Assembly: GCF_006345805.1 (NCBI RefSeq)
Contig: NC_043002.1
Coordinates: 103,540,001-103,604,000 of the forward strand
Direction of reading: 5' to 3'
Source: Octopus sinensis
Lineage: Eukaryota
Length of the DNA stretch: 64,000 nt
The notes under the pieces: generated by a model
The model's database searches: none
The model's input: only the letters and a program-made list of their open reading frames with translations
Told to the model about the DNA's origin: nothing
Made by a program: the position numbers and the translations under genes
Shown: positions 37,158 through 51,530 of the stretch, piece by piece
How the letters are laid out: each line of letters starts with the position of its first letter
How positions within the stretch are numbered: the first letter of the stretch is position 1

Positions 37158-38286
37158 GGCTTTGCTTAATTTGCATAAATCGAACCCAGCTATCAATTAG
37201 AGACGTCAAATGCGCACAAAGATTTCAAAGATGTCCAAAGATGTCGTTGTCAAGTCTCATCGACTTCAGTGTTTTAGTCGTACTTCATTTATCGACCACG
37301 TAAGAAAGAAACACTAAGCCAACCACGATGATTAAATTTAGATTACGAACGTGACAAGCTGGACGAAAAGCTGTTTAGCATTGTGTTCAATGACCCTGAC
37401 ATAAGCACAAGCCTTGTAAATTTTTTGTGGGGGGAAGCTGTTATCTTATGGCATATCTCTGTACTTGACTGGTGTCGCCTCCTATCTTGCGTATATGGAG
37501 GGCTACTGTTATTAAGAAGAGCAACAGCAGCAATATTATAAAGGATAATTTAACAAAACAATGAAATTATATGAGGTGTTTATGAAGTTAGCTGTTGGAT
37601 AGTCGAGATGTTTTGAGGAGGCCGTTATATAAACCAGTTGCTGTAATTCATGCAGTGAAGACGCATGCAAAGCAGGAGAATGCTGACAAGTGCTGAATTA
37701 AAAAAGATAACTGCACACGTAAAGTTGGCCAGCAACTGCATCAGAGAACAGCATCATATGCTTTATATAAATCACAAATGTCTACAAGTTGAACAATGGA
37801 ATGAATAGCAGAAATAAACAAACCACGACAACACTTAGTAGCAGACCTTCAAACAGCGTTGATTATGGCCGGATAGATTCAAAAATCTATCTATTGAAGA
37901 AAGATATGGTCGCATTGCCAATTAAAGCGTGAAAGCTCAGCCAAGCTAATCAATGGAAACGTTACTGAACAACGTAGCCAATCTGTCTGTGTACATAAAC
38001 TACATTTATTTAGATGCAATGTGTAGAAGCCAGGGATGAGCTAAGCACGTGTATATTCGCATGTGTTCGTGATTACTGGGCCGAACAGCACGAAAATGTA
38101 ATACTGGCTCTTAGAGAATTGCCTTGTTTTCGTTGAACATCATTGTTTGTATAAATTGTTAGGCTTCAATCATGTAATAATAGGGTAGTTAAAGTGTGCA
38201 TATGTGTTATATATGTATGAATATGTATGACTATGCGTGTATGATTCTTTCTCTGTGCGTGCGCCTATGCTGCTTCTGTGTATGAG

Positions 38287-38325
<39 letters not shown>

Positions 38326-38669
38326 GTGATAACTACAGCACAAAGTAGAAGCATATATTACGCACATATACTCACTTCACCACACAAACTCACCACGGAT
38401 ACATACACAAATTCTGTCACACACTCACAAACACACACTGAATGCAGATATAGAACCAAACAATGCGTAGGCACCCTCATATACGTACACAGGCAGAAAC
38501 ACACACACACACACATGAACTACAAAAACCCAAGATATTATATGTAATAATGAACTTTTACAAATACCCATTTTATTGTTGCTTTATTATGTTTTTTTTT
38601 AATGAATAGCTATTTGTTGTTATTACCGCAAATGTTCGTTGTCGCTCCTGTAATAATGATGCTAACAAC

Positions 38670-38897
38670 AGCAACAACAGCATCAACAACAAAAATGACG
38701 ATGAAGATGATGATGAGGAGGATGATGATGTTGAAGACGACGATAGCAACAACAACAACACCAATATCATCATCATCATCATTATTGTTGTTATTTTCTT
38801 GTTGTTGTTATTATTATTATTATCACTATAATTATCATCAACCTCATCCTCATTATTATTATTATTATAATCATTATTATTATTATCATTATTATTA

Positions 38898-38945
<48 letters not shown>

Positions 38946-39705
38946 CATTATTATTATCATCATCATCATCATTATTATTATTATTATTAATATTATTATT
39001 ATTATTATTATTATTATTATCATTATTATTATCATCATTATTATCATTATTATTATTATTATAATTATTATTATTATTATTATTATTATTGTTATTATTA
39101 TTGTTATTATTATTGTTATTATTGTTGTTGTTATTGTTAGTGTTAGTGCTGGTGCTGGCGGTTCTTACGATGTTTATAACTATGGATATAGTCATCATCA
39201 CCATTCACTCAAGTAACAAGCCACCTCGACAGCAACCCCATCATTACATCAGCTGAGACACCATCACCGCCGCCGCCACCATCATAACCACGTTCATCAT
39301 CACCTTAATCATCACCATGGTCATCATCATCATCGTCGCAATGATCGTCGTCGTTGACATCGTCATCGTTATCATCATTATCGTCATCTTCATAATTATT
39401 GATTTGCTCATCACTCATTCTGTTTCAGTTATCTACGTTACCATTGACAACGCTACTGCTGCTGCTGCTATTGCATCTATTGCTGCTGCTGCTGCTGCTA
39501 CTGCTGCTACTTCTGTATGTTATTTAAATTTACATAAATGCGATTACAGTACCACTACCATAGCCAACAACATTAATCTCATCCTCACAACCACCACCAC
39601 CACCAGCAACAAAACAACACCAACAATACCACCACTACTACGCCACTACCCAATAGTAATGATGATGATGATTATGATGATTATGATGATGATGATGATG
39701 GCAGA
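38670..39705. repeat. 1-kb compound trinucleotide island (GAT, ACA, TCA, TTA, GTT, GCT, CAC)
   Basis: Directly visible; source of the poly-I and poly-N ORFs. Confidence 0.9.
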
Positions 39706-40123
39706 AATGCTTAAAATGCTACCAAGCCATCGATAGTGTTTTGTTGCGTTGTTTTTCCCCCATGGCAGTGGTTTAACTGTCATTAAATGTAATAGAGATG
39801 GCGAGTTAAAAAGCAGAAGAACGATATAAAAGTAGATGGGGAGAGAAAATGGAATGAATAAAAGACCAGCAACGAAAACAGCATAATTGAAATAAAGAAA
39901 AGTAAAATATATAAGGAAAGAGAGAGAGAGAGAGAAATTAATTTGCGATATCATTAAAATAGAAGGGAAATGATGTTGATAATAACAATATGTCGTTAGC
40001 ACCTTGTTCAATAATTGATCATATCTTCTAAAATTCTAAAATGATTGATTTCAGTTCCATGTAGAAAATGAAGAACTATGTGTTAACAGAGAACAAATGA
40101 ATAAGTGCTTCATTTGTCTTTTT

Positions 40124-40124
<1 letters not shown>

Positions 40125-40206
<82 letters not shown>

Positions 40207-40350
40207 GTTTATCTATCTGTCTAACTACCTATCCTTCTATGTATATGTGTATCTCTGTATATCTCTCTTTCTACGGCTCTCTATATGTCTTTATTTATCA
40301 ATATATCTATCTATTTATCTATCTATCCATCTATCTATCTATGTATCTAC

Positions 40351-40400
<50 letters not shown>
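40125..40400. repeat. (CTAT)n/(CT)n/(TA)n
   Basis: Directly visible. Confidence 0.95.
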
Positions 40401-40401
<1 letters not shown>

Positions 40402-42056
40402 CCATCTAGCTATTATTTCCACGATCTATCTCTATATATACGTACACATAACGCAGATAGCCATGGTAATATCTCGACTATTTCAATTGTTACCATTCAA
40501 TATATAGTTGGTACAGTTGTTATAGATGCAAGGGACTTACTGTCATGGAGTCATGGTATGACGAATCTAGGAGCTGGAAAACGTTTGGTATTATTTATTC
40601 GCCATTACACATGTTTAATTTGCTAATAGGAATAGCAAAGATTTAAATGCTAGATAAACATACAGGGAACATCCTATTAGAAATATCTACGGATGCAGAA
40701 ATGAATAATGTTATTTAATCATAATTAAGAGTATTATTATTTAATTCTGTGTCTGAAGAATTTATTTTAGGAGAATCTTACAAGTCTATCTAATATCTAA
40801 ATTGCTGTAGCTCGTGTTAGAACATATAATTAGTAAAGGTGAATAGGTAACACCATATTTTCGAACTTTCTGTTTTGCTATATATATATATACATATATA
40901 TAAGAGATAATTAAGGAGGTCCGGTTGAATAAGGTACTTAAGTTGAGGTATCAAGTCCGTCCGGTATTACCCTCGCACCTCGAAGTAAGATTAATAAAAA
41001 GCAAACAAGGATGTCAAATCATTAGTGCATTACAGCCGTTTCAGGCGGCTCCATGTAATCGAACAATGCAGACATTACATCAATTTGAAATACACCGCTT
41101 TTCTCGGTGTATAAGACCACATAGGTTTTCAACATACAAGATACGCTATTATAATATTTTACCAAATTTTATAATCTGAACTAGAAAATAAAAGAATTAC
41201 AGGCCTGTTGCTATTAATGCAGCAGAACGAACTCAGGGAGGAAATACTGCAACTATAATTTGGAGTGGCAGACGCATTAACAATGGGAGTCTTCAGATGG
41301 TAATATATCTGCATTTATCTCTCTTTTTACCAACATCAAAAGATTTAATGCATCTAATTTACTACATCCACCACGAATTAAAACCACTGGGAATTTACCA
41401 GTTAAATTCTAGCTACTGATGATAAATTAATTAATATCAGATACGCTCCCAGACCCCTATTTTACTATGGCTATAAATTTGCTATGTCTACATAAATGAA
41501 CAAATTTCAGAAGATGTCAGTAAGGCAGTGATGTATGCCCAGAAAGCGGGTGGGTATGAGTGACATAAAATATTTTCTTATTATCAGGTGAAAGCGGCTT
41601 AAATGGAAAATAAAGAAGTCACAATGAAATCTAAATGGGCATCAATTGTAGAGGGGAGATAATGTATATCTAAAATTTAGCAAACTTTATATATTATTTA
41701 TATAAAATTTATATATATTCCGTATGATAAATAGTAAAATTTTAAAATTCAGAATGTGATATAAGGACCATCCAAACGAAGAAAGATATATAAACCAATT
41801 GAAGCCTTGACCTGTGGTTTGCTTGTATATGAAATAGAAGCCTCAAAACGCTTCCCCCTAGCAAACTGTTAAGTTTGTCATGATAAGGCCATTCAACAAT
41901 GAACACGTAATTAAACTCAGATTTCATCTGAGAAAGGGGTACACATATTCTGTTGACTTAAAACCAGCGATTATATTTAAAAAATGAGATAATTGTTTCT
42001 AGAACAAATAAATTTATTTCAAAACATTGGGAAAATATAATTACATAAGCATGTAA

Positions 42057-42157
<101 letters not shown>

Positions 42158-42177
42158 TATATACATGTTTGTGTGTG

Positions 42178-42272
42178 TGTGATAAGTAACTTGCTTACCA
42201 ACTGCCTTCTATAGCCTCAGGACGGCCAGTCTTGTGAGTGGATCTCGTAGACGGAAAGTGAAAGGCCGTCGG
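42178..42272 (+). mobile_element. Internally deleted family A SINE head
   Basis: GATAAGTAACTTGCTTACCAAC..CTTGTGAGTGGATCTCGTAGACGGAAAGTGAAAG. Confidence 0.65.
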
Positions 42273-42713
42273 ATATATATATATTTGTGTGTGTGTGTCT
42301 GTGTCTGTGTATGTATAAAGAATATATTGTAATTATAAAATGTAATTACAAATAACTAACAAAATATGAATATAAATATTATATTGTTATATATTTTACC
42401 GTCATTAACTGTTGAGAGAAGTTACAACTCTGCAAATGATAGAATATTACACCAGTAAATAGGTATAGGAAATACAAAATTTAATAACATGATATAATAT
42501 AAAAGAATGAATAAAATGCAACAAAAAATATTTATACAAAATTTCAAAATATAAAAAATAGACATAAGTTTACAAAATTGATACAAGTTTAATTAAAAAT
42601 TTTTTTTTTTTTTTTTGGCTGAAACTATAAGATACACACTGGTTTTAAGGGGACAGAAAGGATAAAAACTAAAAATAAATACGACAAAATAAAAAATAAG
42701 GAAAAATAAAGTT

Positions 42714-43115
42714 GCAGGAGTGGTTGTGTGATAGATAGCTTGCTTACCAACCATATGGTTCCGGATTCAGTCCCACAGCGTGGCACCTTGGGCAAGTGTC
42801 TTCTACTATAATCTCTAAACGCCCAAAGCCTTGTGAGTGGATTTGGTAAACGGAAACTGAAAGAAACCCGTCGTATATATGTATACATATATGTATGTGT
42901 GTGTATATGTTGTGTATCTGTGTTTGTCCCCCAACATCACTTGACAACCGATGCTGGTGTGTTTACGTCCCCGTAACTTAGCATTTCGGCAAAAGAAACC
43001 GATAGAACAAGTACTAGGCTTACAAAGAATAAATCCTGGACACGATTTGCTCGACCAAAGGCGGTGCTCCAGCATGGCCGCACTCAAATGACTAAAACGC
43101 ATAAAAATAAAAGAA
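42714..43115 (+). mobile_element. Full-length family A SINE
   Basis: GCAGGAGTGGTTGTGTG head through CAGCATGGCCGCACTCAAATGACTAAAAC tail. Confidence 0.9.
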
Positions 43116-43869
43116 TAAAAATTATAAGGATAGGTCGAGGTGTTCGTAGCAATGCAAATTGCGAAGTAAATGAAGATCAATATATCTTTGGATGCGGTTT
43201 TATAAAACAAGATTCCATTCACGTCGTTCATGTTTGTAGAATGATATAGTTCGTAGGAGAGTATAGAGTATGCCTAAGCGTGGCGTACGATCTGATAATT
43301 CATTATAATTATACTTATTATGAGTAATAGGGAAGAAAGTCTTGGAATTGAAAGAACAAACAGAGCAGTCATCGAGGAGGATGAATGCAGATTAAACTGG
43401 CAGGTTTTATAAAAGGGCAACGTTATATATAATATATATGTTATTTGCTACACTGGATGGTATGATATGAAAGATATTTTCTAGAATCAAATTATTGTAT
43501 GATGGATATTATATTATTTGTTTCCAAAATATTTAGATGTGCGGGCGATACTATGCATGCAGCATACCCTAAGGACTAATCTATTATTTATTAGATTATT
43601 ATTGTTGTCTCTGTGCTTTAAAATCTCATAACTTTCCATAGATCAAAGTTTGCATCGGTATCTGCTATCTTTATATGATGGTTGCGCTTTCCGCACTATA
43701 TCCAATTGAGACTAACTCTCCATATACTTTCCTTAAGTTCTCAGATCTTACTAGATAAATATGTACTAGTAGCTATATTTTTACGTCTGAAAGATGATAA
43801 ATGCTTATTAAGTGGTTTGTCATATTTATTCAGCACCGTATACAGGTTAAACTACTAGTTTCAGTCAAA

Positions 43870-44790
43870 TCTCTACAGCAACAACATCCCTTCCTCGACA
43901 TACTCGTTAAGAAATCTAACAACGTAATAGAAACAGATATATACTATAAGCATACAGATTCCAAGCAATATCTACCGTTCAACTCATGCCGCTCCAGACA
44001 CATCAGAATGAATATCTCCTGCAACCTAGCAACAAGGATGTGTACTATAGTTTCTAATGCAAATACCAGAGACACACGACTACATGAACTAAAAGATACA
44101 CCCATCACCAGGAACTACTCACCTTCACTAATTGACATATGCTTTCAATGTGCCCTAGAACGCAACATCCAGGAACTCAGACATCCCAAATTAAAGAAAG
44201 ATTTACAGCCAAAAGCCCTACCATACATCTCCGCACACAACCCTCTCAACAATGAAGCCTTCGACACCATCCTCCAAAACATACCCCTGCTTAAAAAGGA
44301 CCACAGAATGAACTTAATCCTCGAAACACACACCATAATAAAAAGCAAGAGACAGCCCAAATCTATGAAAAGTCTCCTAACACAAGTCCTAATACGCTCA
44401 ACAACAGAGAAGCTACAGTAAGAAGTGCGGAGACCCAACTGGTGGAAATGCGTCAATTTAATTCAGGGATCAGAGTTCACCTTCAAACAGGAACAACGTT
44501 TCACGGTGAAAAGCGACTTCACATGTGCTTCGGAGAACCTGATATATGCAGTAACCTGCTCCGGGTGTCAAGAGCAATGCATAGGCCAAACAAAAATAGT
44601 CTACAGATCCCAGATCAAAATTCCCCAAAACAGAAAAGTAGCATTTAGCCAACTCATAGATATTTGCACCAATAACAAAAATCCAAGCTTCAGGATTTTC
44701 CCCTCTACCAATTCAGGGACGATACAACCTGGAGCCAACGAATCAGTAAAGAGACTCTCTTTATTACAAAATACAGACCCCTTTTGAACG
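43870..44790 (+). mobile_element. 5'-truncated Penelope-like element: RT thumb plus GIY-YIG endonuclease, disrupted
   Basis: PFLDILVKK..IETDIYYKHTDSKQYLPFNSCRSRHIRMNISCNLATRMCTIVSN (PLE RT C-terminus), then after a frame break WKCVNLIQGSEFTF..FTCASENLIYAVTCSGCQEQCIGQT (Cys-rich linker and GIY-YIG). Confidence 0.85.
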
Positions 44791-45255
44791 CGTCTACGGC
44801 AAACAACATGTCCATCACGGCCTTGGTATAACACAAATACACACGCGATAAATGATACACTCAATAGATTCCCAAGAATTATTTTAAAAACAGTCCCAAT
44901 CACTGCTATAATCGATAACGAGCCAATTTTAAGTCATTTGAACATTTAACACCTTACTACTTTCACACTACCTACATTCCTTCTTATTCTTTCTTCTCTT
45001 TCCTCTTCTTTTTCTTCTCTTTCTTCTTCTTCTTCTTCTTCGTCTTCTTCTTCTTTGTCTCCTTCCTTCTCCTTCTTAACTTTACCACTATTGCTGTTTA
45101 GAATAACACCTACGCAAATTTTAGAAACAAAACATTCAAAAGAGATGTTTTATGAATTTAACAGTTACTACTACCATCCACAGCGGGTCATTTGCGGGGT
45201 TGAGCATTCAACATACTAATATCATCGTACTCTCATATTCTCCTTCTTCTTATAT

Positions 45256-45299
<44 letters not shown>

Positions 45300-45300
<1 letters not shown>

Positions 45301-45490
45301 CTTTTATTCTTTTATATGTTTCAGTCATCTGACTGCGTCCATGCTAGAGCACCGCCGTTAGTTGAAAAACATGGACTGAAGGACTTATTTTTGTAAGCCT
45401 AGTACTTATCCTACCGCTCTCTTTTGGCGAACCGCTAAGTTACGGACACGTGCAACACACAATATCGGGTGTCAAGCGACAGTGGGGAAA
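45300..45490 (-). mobile_element. Family A SINE 3' module
   Basis: TGTTTCAGTCATCTGACTGCGTCCATGCTAGAGCACCGCC..GAACCGCTAAGTTACGG. Confidence 0.8.
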
Positions 45491-45637
45491 ATCACAGATA
45501 TACAAACATATATATATATACTTATATATTGGAATTTCAACATCAACAACTAGGTTTTTTTGTTTATTTGTATGTATGTATGGATGTATGCATCAATGTA
45601 TGTGCAGATTTGTATGTTTTATCTCTTTCTCTTTTCT

Positions 45638-46020
45638 CTTTTACTTGTTTCAGTCATTTGACTGCAGCCATGCTGGAGCACCGCCTTTAATCGAGCAACT
45701 CGACCCCGGGACTTATTCTTTGTAAGCCCAGTACTTATTCTATCGGTCTCTTTTTAGACGAACCGCTAAGTGACGGGGACGTAAACACACCAGCATCGGT
45801 TGTCAAGCGATGCTAGGGGGACAAACACAGACACACAAACACACACATATATATATATATATACATATATATATGTTTCCGTCTACCAAATCCACTCACA
45901 AGGCATTGGTCGGCCCGGGGCTATAGCAGAAGACACTTGCCCAAGATGCCACACAGTGGGACTGAACCCGGAACCATGTGGTTGGTTAGCAAGCTACTTA
46001 CCACACAGCCACTCCTGCGC
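45638..46020 (-). mobile_element. Full-length family A SINE
   Basis: Complete reverse-complement copy ending ACCACACAGCCACTCCTGCGC. Confidence 0.9.
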
Positions 46021-46199
46021 GTATTTATGTGCGTATTCTCATGCATATAGTTACATATCTAGGCATGTCCTTACATAATTAAATGATAAACGTCTGGAAA
46101 GTTTCACAGATTTTAAACTGCTGTTTATGTCTCACACCAACAATCACATTTATCAGCAGTTTTCGAGGTCAAAAAAGGGGAACAAAAAGTTGCTCGTTT

Positions 46200-47200
46200 G
46201 CCGTGTAATGATTCCCTTCTCGCAAAAGTGAATGCGCTGCTGAAAGAGGAAGGACGACGTGTGATGCGTATCCTGAAGTCGCTGTAAAGGAATCAAGAAC
46301 ACGGAGAGAATTAGCAAAATTCAAACGGTGCGGATTTTAGCTTAGAAAATCCTAGTCGCTCCAGAAAACTTTCAGACTCGGACGATAATCTTTTGAAAGG
46401 AAGTATTGAATCATGCACCTAGAATCACAACTACGAAGATTGCACAGATGCTGGAAATTCTAACGAATTCTGTTCAGGAACACAGTGAAATTTGACTTGA
46501 TTTCCGCCTATGATGTATGGAACTACCACAGTCTAGCAGAGTAAAACTGCTTACACCGGTGTTCCATCTACGGTATAATCCTCAAAAGGCATGAAGCTAA
46601 AATTCATGTGAATCGATTGGTGATTGAAGATGAGACTGGTTTTTTTTTTCAATCATAACAGGGTGTAGAAACAACCCGATGGTTTTTCTGAGAATCGACA
46701 TCAACTTCTAAAATGGCGTATTATAATTCATGTCGATTTCAATAACAATGATATTTTCCTGAGCTTCTCCCACACAACCAAAATTTCGATTCTGATATGT
46801 ACTTCCGGTAGCAGAAGGAACTGAATCACACGATTCACCGGATACGTGTGCAAGTAGCCAACGAAGAAAGAGTTTGTGTTCCAACAACACAACCCGACAA
46901 CTTATACAACTTTGCTTAGCCACACAAAGTTTGTTGCGTCTGGATGGAGCCTCAAAAGGCATCTAGCATAGTCTCCCTACATTGCACTGTCTGACTCGCT
47001 TTGCTACCTACGACATTCTTTGAACAGAAGATGTTAAATGAGTTAGAAACAGTCAAAAGCTACCCGGAAAGCAACTAATGCAACTCGGTCCAACGAGAAT
47101 CGAATTTTGGAGCAATTTAGATGACAGCCATTAACAAAAATAGAGGGTGATTTGATAAATATAAGAAAATATTTCACTAAACATAAATTATTTTTTCATC
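46200..47200 (+). mobile_element. Degenerate mariner (DD34D-type) transposase
   Basis: Manual translation: ADFSLENPSRS..PRITTTKIAQMLEI; LKRHEAKIHVNRLVIEDETGFFFNHN; ELLPHNQNFDSDMYFR*QKELNHTI; HLA*SPYIALSD (cf. HPPYSPDLAPSD). Confidence 0.8.
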
Positions 47201-47469
47201 CTTCAAAGCTTGTGAGAATATTTCGTGTGACCTAATGACTGGAAGAAAATTTAAGCGATGACACCTAGGATCAACATTCAAATGCTTAATTAGCATAATT
47301 ATATAGCCTTCATAAGAGGATCCACTACTATTTGACAAAATGCTTTCTAACTTTTTAAGACTGCAGGTGGAATTTCAATGCGATTTACAAGCACCTATGC
47401 TATTTCGCGCCCCAAAAAAATATTTGTTATAAAATATTAGATTGAAATTTTGGTACAATGCCGTCAATT

Positions 47470-47840
47470 ACAGGGTAGGAGATAAGTCGATTACATCGAT
47501 TCCAGTTTTCAGCTAGTACCTCCTTTATCGAACTCGAAAGGACGAAAAGCAAAGTCGACGCCGGGCGCATTTGAACTCACGAAATAACGCTACGCATTTT
47601 TCTTGCGCGCCAACAATTCTGCCAGATCGTCGCCTCATATTTAGTATTAAATATTGATTTCACATTTTGGCACAATGCCAGCAATTCTGAGGAGCAATTA
47701 CACCAAACAAAGTACTCAACTGTTACTTATTGTATCGATCCCGAGGCATGAAAGGCAAAGTCAAACTCAGAAAGTGAAGATGGATGGAATGCTGATAAGC
47801 ATGTTGTCCGGCGTGCTAAAGTATTTGTTAGTTCGCCACC
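47470..47840 (-). mobile_element. Two adjacent degenerate family C SINEs
   Basis: GTACCTCCTTTATCGAACTCGAAAGGACGAAAAGCAAAGTCGACGCCGGGCGCATTTGAACTC, followed by a second, more decayed copy from ~47695. Confidence 0.65.
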
Positions 47841-49021
47841 TTCATTTCCTATCAAATACTGCAATGCAATTGTATTCAATTGGCAGACACATTAAATTAT
47901 TAAACAGATTACTGTTGATGTTTAGGTTCAAATCTTTCCAACTCCCCTTTTTTTATTTTATTTTCACTCTTGCAGTGTCAATAAAATGCGAAATCATCCA
48001 ACCATTAAATGCAGCAAAACAACATGAACTCATTCCTATTGTTGAAATGTTTGTTATATATTGAGAAACCATTCAATAATGAAACTAAAATCCCTGACGA
48101 AGTCTAATCTATTTCAGCAAACTTAAACCTACTTTGCTTCAGTTCTATAATTTATGGGAAATTTAGAACAAATGATTTAAAAGAAATTTCGCAAATTTAT
48201 TTCAGAAAGTAAAATTTATTTCTCCTCCATCATCACCATTTATCTCTGAATATTCCATAGCAATAAATACCTTAATATATTTATCAAATTACATTTCTTT
48301 TATTTTATTGCCTATAAAATGAGGAGAAAAATAAAACAAATATACACAGCTGAAATTCTTAATTTTGTTTCGTCGAATGTATTTCGCTATTTTGACAATT
48401 ATTAGCCGCCATTTTGAAAACGGAACAATCAAATTGCAAATTGAATATTCATTTATGATATTCTAAATATTGCATACTTCTAAACGATAATTATATTTGG
48501 ATAACAAATACAAAACTTAAAATACTCCATTTCTATTGGAATATAAATTAGATGAAAGTGAATCAAATTAGATTTTCGATACACACACATTAGCAAAAAT
48601 ACAGAGGAGACATTATAATATGTGTGCATATGCGTGTTTGTGTGCGTTCGTGTGGTGCGTGTGTGTGTGTATTTATATGAATGTATACGCGTCTATGTCT
48701 GTGCGATAAAACTGTAATCAAATGAACAAAAAAATTAAATAAATGTACTGGAATGTATATATAAATATTGTTCTTTCTGCAGTTACCGGAAATGATATTA
48801 AAAACGAAACGGAAAAAACGGAAATGCTCATTATAGGATATTTTTCTGTTGCTGATAGAAATCTATGAATAACGAAAGCAACATGGTTTAGATTCTACAA
48901 TATATATTAATAATTGTAATAAATGGTATTATAACTTACTTTTAATATCAAATGACTGAAACAAATAAAAGAAGATAAGAAAAAGAAAGAATATATATAT
49001 ATATACGTGTGTGTGTTTATG

Positions 49022-49072
<51 letters not shown>

Positions 49073-49105
49073 ATATGTATGCATGTATTTATGTATTCAT
49101 GTATA

Positions 49106-49166
<61 letters not shown>

Positions 49167-49589
49167 TGTGTGTGTTTATTATAGATGTATACATACACAA
49201 ACACACACATACATTATAAGAAAGTTATAATTATATAAAAATGTATCATGGAAATAAATTCATGCGTGTGCGTGTGTGTGTGTGTGTGTCTCCGCTTGAG
49301 TGAAAAGTGTGTGGGTGTGTGTTAAAACTTCATAAGGGAAAGAGAGATGCGTTAATTAAAGAAAGGTTCATTAACGATACTATTGTGGGCTGGAAGCTGC
49401 TGGAAATATTAAATAGGTTTTTAGAGTAATTTCTTGAAGTCAGTGAGCGTTTGTAATGACACGAAAAGAATACAAGAGGATGATGCTGATGATGGCGACG
49501 ATGACAACGTCGACAGCGGTGACTACGTCGGCGACGATGATGATCGTGGTGGGGATTTTGAAAAGAATATTAAGAGTAATCACACTGAC

Positions 49590-49690
49590 AACAATAATAA
49601 TAATGATAATAATGATAAGGTATTTATGAATGGTGATACAGAACGAGAAGGAATTGAACGAGAACGAGAACAGAAAGAAGAAGAAGAAGA

Positions 49691-49725
<35 letters not shown>

Positions 49726-49900
49726 CAGCAGCAGCAGTAGTAGTAGTAGTAGTAGTAGTTGTTGTTGTTGTTGTTGTAGTAGTAGTAGTAGTAGAAGAAG
49801 AAGAAGAAGAAGAAGACGAAGAAGAAGAAAAGGAAGAAAAGAAGAAGAAAGGAAGAAGAGGAAGGAGAAGAAGAAGAAGAAGAAGAAGAAAAAAAAAGAA
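49590..49900. repeat. Compound trinucleotide tract (AAT, GAA, GTA, GCA, GTT)
   Basis: Directly visible; explains ORF 49434-49976. Confidence 0.9.
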
Positions 49901-49989
49901 GTGTAACGAAATGTGTTTTCGTAAAGATGCAGACATGCCTTTACTGTTCTCAGACGAAACAGAATATATACAATAGACACCGACGCAAA

Positions 49990-50470
49990 TGATGGGCTCT
50001 TAGGCAACAGTGTCACACAAAACAATGAAGTGGCTCCCTCATATATACTATAGCTTCAACAAGCAGGCCAAACACTCCGCTTGCTGTTTATATATAGGAG
50101 AAATAATGCAATCTTAGCTAAACTGAATACGCTTATTACCACCAGGGATCATTAGCCGAACGTTTCCTTCAAAACCAAGTGGAACCTGAGTAACTCAACT
50201 AAATAAGAAATCGGACTGGAGAGTAAAGGGATTTTTCAGAAAGTTGAACGATGATATAACGAAGGCATCCTACCTGTCCATGAATACAACGCTGAGGCCA
50301 AGACTACAAAGCAGAGGTGGTCCTGTTCAACAACGATATGAGCGTCAACCATAGCTGCAACGAAAGGATGCATACACAGAAATATATGGCAGCAACTGAG
50401 GGACCCTTTAATATTAGGCTAAATACCCGCAGATCCTCTTTCAGTATTCATGAGAGGTGCAACGTTACAA
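49990..50470 (+). mobile_element. Highly degenerate PLE GIY-YIG remnant
   Basis: KYMAATEGPFNIRLNTRRSSF resembles the PLE motif YIGxTEGPFKxRxxNHxxSF. Upstream similarity is weak. Confidence 0.4.
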
Positions 50471-50649
50471 TATATATGGTAATTCAACATAATGTGATTT
50501 AAAGAGATTGAAAGGTTACACAGTATTAATTGCATTCCCCTGGAACAGGCTGGGCTATATCTCCACGAATAGAGACTTTGCTCGGCCAAGAGAGCAACAA
50601 TTAAAAAGAAAAACTCGCACGCACACAAGCACACACACACATATACAAA

Positions 50650-50800
50650 TGTGGTAAGAAGCTTGCTTTCCAAGCTCATGGTTCTGGGTTCAATCTCACT
50701 GTGTGGCACCTTGGGCAAGTATCATCTACTATTGCCTTGGGCCGACTAAATCTTTGTGAGTGGATTTGTTGGATGGAAACTGGAAGAAACCTGTTGTATA
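50650..50800 (+). mobile_element. Family A SINE head
   Basis: GTGGTAAGAAGCTTGCTTTCC..GGCACCTTGGGCAAGT..GGAAACTGGAAGAAACCTG. Confidence 0.8.
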
Positions 50801-50808
50801 TATATATA

Positions 50809-51453
50809 CAGAAATCCTTGGATCTTGAATTATTCAATAATTTTTGCTTGTATGTTTTGTCCCTCCGCTTTACCTCATGGTGCGATATGAACATTTAACG
50901 TGGTACTATAGTCAGTGTTTCGACTGCTATTTCGGCATGTTGGTGTCTTTTAGACACCCTCATTTTTAATTGTTAAACATTTTTTTACCTTTGTAAGGTA
51001 TTTCTTTCATGCTGACCACTTGATAATTTCGACACTTAAATATCGATATTATCCTCATATATAAATTTATATAATTCGTTATTATATTCACTGCGGTGCT
51101 TATTTTAACCATATCGTACTTATGCGGTGATTTGGCGGGCGATTCAAACTGGCTGTGTCCATACGTGCATATGTATGTATGTGCGACGCTCGTATGTGTA
51201 AGTATATCGTTTGCTGTGCATATATATATCTGTATTTATGTACCCTTGATATATTCAATTGATGACGGTAAAGCTTATCTAAAGCAGAACCAGAAATCCT
51301 TGGATCTTGAATTATTCAATAATTTTTGCTTGTATGTTTTGCCCCTCCGCTTTACCTCATGGTGCGATATGAACATTTAACGTGGTACTATAGTCAGTGT
51401 TTCGACTGCTATTTCGGCATGTTGGTGTCTTTTAGACACCCTCATTTTTAATT
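50809..51453. repeat. 163-bp direct repeat (50809-50971, 51291-51453), 319-bp spacer
   Basis: Only one substitution noticed between copies (GTCCC vs GCCCC). Confidence 0.9.
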
Positions 51454-51472
51454 ATATATATATATATATATT

Positions 51473-51530
<58 letters not shown>

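Noticed and set aside
49434-49976. 180-aa acidic ORF
   Set aside because: Composed of trinucleotide repeats, with no splice or homology support.
50809-51453. TRIM/LTR interpretation of the direct repeats
   Set aside because: No TG..CA termini, primer-binding site or clear polypurine tract.
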